Shown: one piece after another, positions 57,727-64,000 of the stretch | Layout of the letters: the number at the start of each line of letters is the position of its first letter | Position numbering within the stretch: position 1 is the stretch's first letter | DNA from: Candidatus Eiseniibacteriota bacterium | Lineage (GTDB): Bacteria > Eisenbacteria > RBG-16-71-46 > CAIMUX01 > VGJL01 | Assembly (NCBI GenBank): GCA_041946735.1 | Contig: JBHGAY010000018.1 | Location: 1-64,000 of the forward strand | Direction: 5' to 3' | Length of the DNA: 64,000 bases | Notes under the pieces: model-generated | Databases searched by the model: none | Seen by the model: only the letters and a program-made list of their open reading frames with translations | What the model was told of the DNA's origin: nothing | Position numbers and translations under genes: made by a program

Positions 57727-60074
57727 CCCTGCGGCTCCGCTGTCCCGCCGCCCTGCTCCCCCCCGCTGCGGCCGTAGGCGTTTCTGTATGTCCAGACCGC
57801 GTCGAGCACGTGCCGGACGTACTCGCGTGTCTCCCTCCATCCGATCCGCTCGATCAGCAGGTCCGGGTCGTCGCCGAACCGCTCGACCCATTCCGAGGCT
57901 TTCGCCGATCCGGCGTTGTATGCGGCGAGCAGGGCGGGAAGCGGCCAGTCCTGCCCGTCGGCAAGGTCCCGGAAGTGGCGGATCCCGAGGGCCAGGTTGC
58001 GGTCGGCCCGCTCGAGCGGACCTGCCTCGATCCCCCACTTCGACGCGGTCTCCTGCGCGGTCGGCGCCATCATCTGAAGCAGTCCCCGGGCGCCGGCGCC
58101 GCTGACCGCGCCCGGATCGAAGAGCGACTCGCGTCGCGCAATCGCCCAGACCAGATCCGGGGAGACGGAAACCTCCCGGCAACGCTGCTCGATCCATGAC
58201 GGAAAGGGCCGTGGATAGCGGAGCGAGACGGGCGCGGCCGCGCCCCGCGCCACGGCGACACGGACCGCCAGGTCGGGCAGCCCGAGGCATAGAAACGCCT
58301 CGGCGCGGCCGCCGACGGGGAGCGCCGACTCGAGCCGCTCTTGATCGGGCGACGTCCAGTCCGCGCGTCCGAAGCGTCGCAGGAGGCGCAGGCGTGCGGC
58401 ACGCCGGGCGGCCTCCCGGTCCAGCCGATCGCAGGGACCGGCGGGAGACCCCGCGCTCGGGGACCCCGGATCGAGGAGAGCCGCTTCCGCGACCCGAGCG
58501 GGACGGAGCGCCGCTTCGCGTTCCAGCGGCCAGAAGCGATCGGGCGGGAGGGAGCGAGCGAGGAGGTCCTGCTCCGCGCGGGCGCGGTGGGCGTAGTACC
58601 CCTCCCCGGACGTCGCGGCCGCGGCGAGGGATGCTTTCGCCGCATCGAGGTCGCCGCGCCGGGACTCGAGGCGGTAGCACCAGAATCGAGCGGCGGCCAC
58701 GTCGCCGGCCGTCGCGCCGACGGCGGCCGCGGCCGCCCGGAAGTCCCCGAGCGCAGCCGCCTCATCGCCGGCGGCGTAGCGCGCAATCGCCCGGCGCAGG
58801 CGCCCCTCGACCTCCGATCCCGGCAGGGCGAGCAGAGCGGTGTAGACCGAGTCGGCGCGCGCGTCGCGCCGTGCCGACTCCGCCTCTCTCCCCCACTCCA
58901 CCAGCGCCGTGCGCCGCGTCTCGCCGCCGAGCCGGGCCGCCGCCCGGTACGCGCGCTCCATGGCGTCCCACTCGCCGGAGTTGCGCGCGGCGCGAGCCCG
59001 CACGAGGAGCCAACGCGCGCGGAGCGCCTCCGGCCAGCCGGCGTCCGGGCGCATCGGGTCGGAGAGGATCGCCTCGTACTGCCTCCCCTTCAGGAGCGCC
59101 TCCAGCCAGGCGACGCGCAGAGAGTCGGGGGAGGAAGGCATGCGGGAGAGGAGGCTGTCGGCCGTTCCGAAGAGCCGATGCTCCAGGAAGACGGGAAACA
59201 GGAGCGTCCCTTCACGGCGCGCGGCGAGAGCGGGGGCCTCGCGGAAGCGCCGGAGCGCTTCGAGGCGCGCCGTGCGCGTCCCCGGATAGCGCCGGAGGAG
59301 CGTGTCGGCGGTCGCCCGCGCGGCGGCCGGCCGCCCGAGCGCGAGGAGCGCGCGCACGCGCGCCGCCGTCTCGTCCGCGCCGGGGCCGAGCGTGCGGCGC
59401 ATCGCCAGGCTCTCGCGCAGCAGGCCCTCGGAATCCTTCGCATGCTCCCGGGCGGCGAGAACCCGGCGGGCTGCGGGCATCGTCCATTCCGCGCGCGGAT
59501 AGGAGGCGCGGATCGACTCCGCGATCGCCAGCGCGCCGGCCGAGTCGCCGAGAGCGTCGTGGATCTCGAGGGTCAGGAGGGCTCGGGGCCGCGTCTCCTC
59601 GTCGTTGGGCCGTCCCGACGCGAGCCATTCGAGCGCGCGGTCCCCGCGTCCCTGCTCGTGAAGAGCGAGCGCGGCGGCCAGCGGGAGATCGCCGTCCGGA
59701 TCGGCGGCCGCCCATTCCGACGGCGCATAGCGAGCGAACGACTCGATCGCCCCGGAGGGCGGGAAGCAGAGCAGCAGCCGGATCCAGGAGACCAGCCGCG
59801 CGTCCGCCTCCCCCGGAGGCGAGGGAAGATCTTCGGCCGCGAGCGTCCCGGCCAGGACGACGAGAAGGGAGTCCTGGGCGCGCATGGCGGCTACCGAGGC
59901 GATCTCGGGAGTCGCCTCCGGGAAGATCGGGTCGGCCGCGAAGCCGGGCCACGCGGAGCCGCCGCAGCCTTGCGGAACGCCGAGCAGGAGTCCGCCGAGG
60001 AGGACGGCCAGGCCGAGGAGGGAATCGGCGCGGCCCGCCCGGCGGCGCCGCGGCTCCGGCGCCCGCGCGTTCAC
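57723..60074 (-). CDS. Soluble lytic transglycosylase (Slt-like) with TPR-like helical region
   Basis: [37 protein letters not shown] overlap with guaA. Confidence 0.85.
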   Translation of the reverse strand: MNARAPEPRRRRAGRADSLLGLAVLLGGLLLGVPQGCGGSAWPGFAADPIFPEATPEIASVAAMRAQDSLLVVLAGTLAAEDLPSPPGEADARLVSWIRLLLCFPPSGAIESFARYAPSEWAAADPDGDLPLAAALALHEQGRGDRALEWLASGRPNDEETRPRALLTLEIHDALGDSAGALAIAESIRASYPRAEWTMPAARRVLAAREHAKDSEGLLRESLAMRRTLGPGADETAARVRALLALGRPAAARATADTLLRRYPGTRTARLEALRRFREAPALAARREGTLLFPVFLEHRLFGTADSLLSRMPSSPDSLRVAWLEALLKGRQYEAILSDPMRPDAGWPEALRARWLLVRARAARNSGEWDAMERAYRAAARLGGETRRTALVEWGREAESARRDARADSVYTALLALPGSEVEGRLRRAIARYAAGDEAAALGDFRAAAAAVGATAGDVAAARFWCYRLESRRGDLDAAKASLAAAATSGEGYYAHRARAEQDLLARSLPPDRFWPLEREAALRPARVAEAALLDPGSPSAGSPAGPCDRLDREAARRAARLRLLRRFGRADWTSPDQERLESALPVGGRAEAFLCLGLPDLAVRVAVARGAAAPVSLRYPRPFPSWIEQRCREVSVSPDLVWAIARRESLFDPGAVSGAGARGLLQMMAPTAQETASKWGIEAGPLERADRNLALGIRHFRDLADGQDWPLPALLAAYNAGSAKASEWVERFGDDPDLLIERIGWRETREYVRHVLDAVWTYRNAYGRSGGEQGGGTAEPQG

Positions 60075-61591
60075 TCCCACTCGATCGTCGCGGGGGGTTT
60101 GCTCGTCACGTCGTAGACGACGCGGTTGACCCCTCGCACCTCGTTGACGATCCGGTTTGCGGCCGACTCGAGCAGGTCGCCCGGCAGGCGGGCCCAGTCC
60201 GCCGTCATTCCGTCGATCGAAGTGACGGCGCGCAGCGCGATCGCCATGTTGTAGGTGCGCTCGTCTCCCATCACGCCGACCGATTGCACCGGCAACAGGA
60301 CTGTGAACGCCTGCCATACGTCGTCGTACGAGCCGCTCCGCCGCAGCTCGTCGATGAAGATCGCGTCGGCCGCGCGCACGATCGCGAGCCTCTCCTCGGT
60401 CACCTCGCCGAGGATCCGCACGGCGAGGCCGGGACCGGGGAACGGGTGCCGTCCGATCAGCTCCTCCGGCGCGCCGAGGCGGCGGCCGACTTCGCGCACC
60501 TCGTCCTTGAACAGCTCGCGCAACGGCTCGACGAGCGCCAGGCGCATCCGCTCCGGAAGCCCGCCGACGTTATGGTGGCTCTTGATGCGCGCCGAAGGTC
60601 CGCCGGCTCCGCGCGACTCGATCACGTCGGGATAGAGGGTCCCCTGCACGAGGAAGTCGACCGTTCCGGCGCGCCGCGCGGCCTCCTCGAACACCTCGAT
60701 GAAGGTGCGGCCGATGCGCATCCGTTTCTCTTCGGGATCGACGACGCCGGCCAGCTCGTCGAGGAAGCGGCGCGAGGCGTCGACGACCTCCAGGCGCATG
60801 CCGAGCGGCGCTAGCCTCTCGGCTACCCACGACGCTTCTCCTTCCCGCAGGAGGCCGGTGTCGACGAAGATCCCGTGCAGGCGATCGCCGATCGCGCGAT
60901 GGCAGAGAAGGGCGGCTACGGTGGAGTCGACTCCTCCGCTCACGCCGCACACCACCTGCCCGTCTCCGACCTTGCGGCGGATCGCGGCGACGGCCGTCTC
61001 GACGAAGTCCCCCATGTCCCATCCCGGACGGATGCCCGCGATGCGGAAGAGGAAGTTCGAGAGGATCGTCGAACCCTGCGGGGTATGGCTGACCTCGGGG
61101 TGGAACTGCACGAGATGGATCCGCCGCGCGGCATCCTCGGCGACGGCGTGCGGGCAGGTCGCGGTGCGCGCGGAGGTGGTGAAGCCGGGAGGCGGGGTCT
61201 CGACGAGATCGCCGTGGCTCATCCAGACCTCGACCGGATCGCGCAGCCCTTCGAGCAGCGGCGTGTCGATCGTCTTCTCCAGAGTCTGCCGGCCGTACTC
61301 GCCGGTGCGCCCGCGCACGACGCGCCCGTTCATCAGGTGGCTGACGACCTGCATGCCGTAGCAGATTCCGAGGATCGGAAGCCCGGACTCGAGCAGCTCG
61401 CGGCGCGGCAGCAGCCGGCCGTCGAGCGCCGAGGCGGGGCCGCCGGAGAGGATCAACGCCTCGACCCCGCGCGCGCGCAGCGTCTCCATGTCCACGTCGA
61501 ACGGGAAGAGCTCGGCGTAGACGCCGAGCTGCCGGACGCGGCGGGCGATCAGCAGGTTGTACTGGCTTCCGAAATCGAGGATTCCGACCAA
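60071..61591 (-). CDS. guaA: GMP synthase
   Basis: [45 protein letters not shown]. Confidence 0.98.
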   Translation of the reverse strand: MVGILDFGSQYNLLIARRVRQLGVYAELFPFDVDMETLRARGVEALILSGGPASALDGRLLPRRELLESGLPILGICYGMQVVSHLMNGRVVRGRTGEYGRQTLEKTIDTPLLEGLRDPVEVWMSHGDLVETPPPGFTTSARTATCPHAVAEDAARRIHLVQFHPEVSHTPQGSTILSNFLFRIAGIRPGWDMGDFVETAVAAIRRKVGDGQVVCGVSGGVDSTVAALLCHRAIGDRLHGIFVDTGLLREGEASWVAERLAPLGMRLEVVDASRRFLDELAGVVDPEEKRMRIGRTFIEVFEEAARRAGTVDFLVQGTLYPDVIESRGAGGPSARIKSHHNVGGLPERMRLALVEPLRELFKDEVREVGRRLGAPEELIGRHPFPGPGLAVRILGEVTEERLAIVRAADAIFIDELRRSGSYDDVWQAFTVLLPVQSVGVMGDERTYNMAIALRAVTSIDGMTADWARLPGDLLESAANRIVNEVRGVNRVVYDVTSKPPATIEWE

Positions 61592-61642
61592 GCTTCTCCC
61601 TTCGTTGTGGCGCGCGCCCGCCCGGGTCCGCGCCGCCCCGGG

Positions 61643-61696
61643 CGCCTAGGCCGTCCGCGCCGCCCAGGCCGCTCGCGCCGCCCAGGCCGCCGGCGG
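61643..61696. repeat. Three imperfect 18-bp tandem repeats between purH and guaA
   Basis: cgcctaggccgtccgcgc/cgcccaggccgctcgcgc/cgcccaggccgccggcgg. Confidence 0.7.
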
Positions 61697-61708
61697 CGGA
61701 TCGCTGCA

Positions 61709-63268
61709 TCAACCGTGACGGAACGCGCGCGCCTCGTTGACGACCATTGCGAGACCGAGCCGGTCGGCCGCTTCGACCGATTCGGAGTCCCGCTTGGAGC
61801 CGCCCGGCTGGACGATCGCCGTCGCACCCGCCTTGGCCGCCTCCTCCACGCAATCCGGAAACGGGAAGAAGGCGTCGGACGCCATTACAGATCCGGCCGG
61901 ATCGTGCCCCTCGCGACGCGCCTTGTGCAGCGCGATCGTGACCGAATCGATGCGGCTCGTTTGCCCGCCGCCGATACCGATCGTGCGCCGGCCCTTCGCG
62001 AAGACGATCGCGTTGGAGCGGACCATCCGCACGATTCTCCAGGCGAAGGCGAGAGCCTGCCGCTCGGCTTCGGTCGGCGCGCGTCGCGTGACGACCTTCC
62101 ATCCCTCCTCGCCCAATCGCGGACGCATCCGATCCTGGACCAGGATCCCGTTGCCGAGATCGCGGAAGGAGAAGGGAGGCAGAACCGGATCGTCGAGCGG
62201 CGCGAGAAACTCCTCACCCTCGAGGAGCACCAGGTTCTTCTTCGCCGCGAGGATCGAGCGCGCTTCGGGGTCGAAGCGCGGCGCGACGACGAGCTCGAGG
62301 AATGTCTTCGCCAGCTCCTCCGCGCAGGCGCGGTCGACCGGCCGGTTCACGCCGACGACGCCGCCGAACGCCGACAGCGCGTCGCCGTCGCGAGCGTCGC
62401 GGTACGCTTCGGCGATCGAATCGGCGCACGCCGCCCCGCACGGCGTCGCGTGCTTGATGACGACGGCGCCCGGCTCCGGCATCAGGTCCCGCGCGAGCGT
62501 CGCGGCCGCCTCCATGTCCTGCAGATTGTTGAACGAGATCTCCTTGCCCTGGAGCTTGCGCATCCCGCCTGGATATCCCGCGGGGGGACCGTAGAAAGCG
62601 CCGCGCTGCGAGGGGTTCTCGCCGTAGCGGAGCGCCCACAGGCGGCGCTCTCCCCGCGCGAAGGCGTCCGGCAGGCTCTCCTTCGGCTGCAGGTAGGAGG
62701 CGACGCGCGCGTCATAGGCGGCGGTCGTCTCGAACACCTTCACGGCGAGCGCCTCGAGCAGCGGCTCGGCGAGCGATCCCCGCCCCTCGCGCAGGGCGTT
62801 CGCGACCGCGCCGTAGTCGGCCGGATCGCAGACGACGGCGACGGAGGCGTGGTTCTTCGCCGCGGCGCGCAGCATGGTCGGCCCGCCGATGTCGATCATC
62901 TCGATCGCCGCGGCGCGCGCCGACGGATCGCGGCGCGCCGTCTCCTCGAACGGATAGAGATCGATCGCGACGAGATCGATCGGGTCGATCCGGAGCGCTT
63001 CACGGTCCGCTTCGTCCTGGGGATCGCCCCGCCGGTAGAGGATCCCGCCGTGGATCGAGGGATGGAGCGTCTTCACCCGCCCGCCGAAGCGAGAGGGCAG
63101 GCCGTAGCGCTCCTCGAGCGAGACGGCGGCGAACCCGCGATCGAGGAGCCAGCGGTAGGTGCCGCCGGTCGAGAGGATCTCCGCGCCCGTGTCGCGCAGA
63201 GCCGCGGCAAGCTCGTCGAGCCCTTCCTTGTGGTAAGCGGACAGCAGCGCCCGGCGAATGCGGATCAT
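61709..63268 (-). CDS. purH: Bifunctional AICAR transformylase/IMP cyclohydrolase
   Basis: STGGT, GRVKTLHP, IDIGGP, LRYGENP, SDAFFPF, QPGGS, FRH. Confidence 0.97.
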   Translation of the reverse strand: MIRIRRALLSAYHKEGLDELAAALRDTGAEILSTGGTYRWLLDRGFAAVSLEERYGLPSRFGGRVKTLHPSIHGGILYRRGDPQDEADREALRIDPIDLVAIDLYPFEETARRDPSARAAAIEMIDIGGPTMLRAAAKNHASVAVVCDPADYGAVANALREGRGSLAEPLLEALAVKVFETTAAYDARVASYLQPKESLPDAFARGERRLWALRYGENPSQRGAFYGPPAGYPGGMRKLQGKEISFNNLQDMEAAATLARDLMPEPGAVVIKHATPCGAACADSIAEAYRDARDGDALSAFGGVVGVNRPVDRACAEELAKTFLELVVAPRFDPEARSILAAKKNLVLLEGEEFLAPLDDPVLPPFSFRDLGNGILVQDRMRPRLGEEGWKVVTRRAPTEAERQALAFAWRIVRMVRSNAIVFAKGRRTIGIGGGQTSRIDSVTIALHKARREGHDPAGSVMASDAFFPFPDCVEEAAKAGATAIVQPGGSKRDSESVEAADRLGLAMVVNEARAFRHG

Positions 63269-64000
63269 CGCGCGCCCCCTCCCGTCCCGCTCGCCTCGCC
63301 TCCGAGCCGCGGTGGCGGACCGCTCGCGCCGAGCCGATCGTGCACGAGCCGGTAGCGGCGATAGGTCTCGGCCACCTGCTCGGGCGGCAGCGCGGGCGCG
63401 GGCGGATTGCGATCCCAGTCGAGCGTCTTCAGCCACGCTCGCACGTACTCCTTGTCGAGCGGGTCCGGCGGCGAGGCGGACCGCGCGCCGTCCCAGTAGC
63501 GCGAGGAGTCGGGCGTGAGCGCCTCGTCGATCAGGGAGAGGCGCCCATCGATCCATCCGAACTCGAACTTCGTGTCGACGAGCAGGAGCCCACGCGCGCG
63601 AGCGTACCGCTCGGCGAGGTCGTAGACGCGCAGGCTCGCCTCGCGCAGCCGCTCCGCGAGCTCGGAGCCGACGATGTCGCTCAACTCCTCGAGCGTCACG
63701 GGCCGGTCGTGCCCGACTTCCTCCTTCGTGGTCGGCGTGAAGAGCGGGGCGGGAAGCTTGCCGTACGGCGCGATTCCCGGAGGCGCGCTCATCCCGCCGA
63801 TCGTCCCCTTCCGGGCGTACTCCTCGATCGCGGAGCCGGCCAGATAGCCGCGCACGACGCATTCGACGTCGATCCTCTTCGCCTTCCGCGCGAGCATCCA
63901 TCGCCCGCGCAGCTCGGGCAGAAGAGGCTTGAGATCGGCCGGGAAGTCGGAGTCCTGGTCGGAGAGGAAATGCGTCGGCAGGTGCGGCTCGAGACCGCGA
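63265..64000 (-). CDS. purC: SAICAR synthase (5' end outside the window)
   Basis: ECVVRGYLAGS, FTPTTK, DTKFEFG, DEALTPDSSRYW, DKEYVR. Confidence 0.95.
   Translation of the reverse strand, partial: RGLEPHLPTHFLSDQDSDFPADLKPLLPELRGRWMLARKAKRIDVECVVRGYLAGSAIEEYARKGTIGGMSAPPGIAPYGKLPAPLFTPTTKEEVGHDRPVTLEELSDIVGSELAERLREASLRVYDLAERYARARGLLLVDTKFEFGWIDGRLSLIDEALTPDSSRYWDGARSASPPDPLDKEYVRAWLKTLDWDRNPPAPALPPEQVAETYRRYRLVHDRLGASGPPPRLGGEASGTGGGAR

Overview
High-GC bacterial chromosomal window. A FlgD-type Ig C-terminal domain and a 'TWGxV(K/R)xxY' C-terminal tail tentatively suggest an FCB-related candidate lineage such as Eisenbacteria, Latescibacterota or Krumholzibacteriota (inference only). About 60 kb is housekeeping DNA, mostly on the minus strand: purC-purH-guaA, secA, topA-xerC-hslVU-argF, glmM-glmS, lepA-lepB-hemW, leucine-catabolism (liu) genes, dnaJ-rsmE-pheST-dacB and murB, plus five tRNA genes (Ala-GGC, Leu-CAA, Sec-TCA, Thr-CGT, Phe-GAA). 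The main items of interest are: (1) the right end of an element abutting the 3' end of tRNA-Ala, with a minimal packaging module (Nu1-like TerS, a Zn-finger protein, an HK97 protease-capsid fusion with a nested in-frame capsid-only start, an AlpA/Xis-like HTH) but no TerL, portal or tail genes in view, consistent with a phage satellite; (2) an archaeal/eukaryotic-type PheRS whose beta subunit has a Zn-ribbon insertion; (3) a pro-domain-less MMP-like matrixin coupled to a secreted, possibly TIMP/NTR-like partner; (4) an irregular tRNA-Sec; (5) a split MCC alpha subunit and a 4-Cys insertion in SecA. All calls come from motif recognition by eye. No database searches were run, and several start codons were re-assigned relative to the ORF track.
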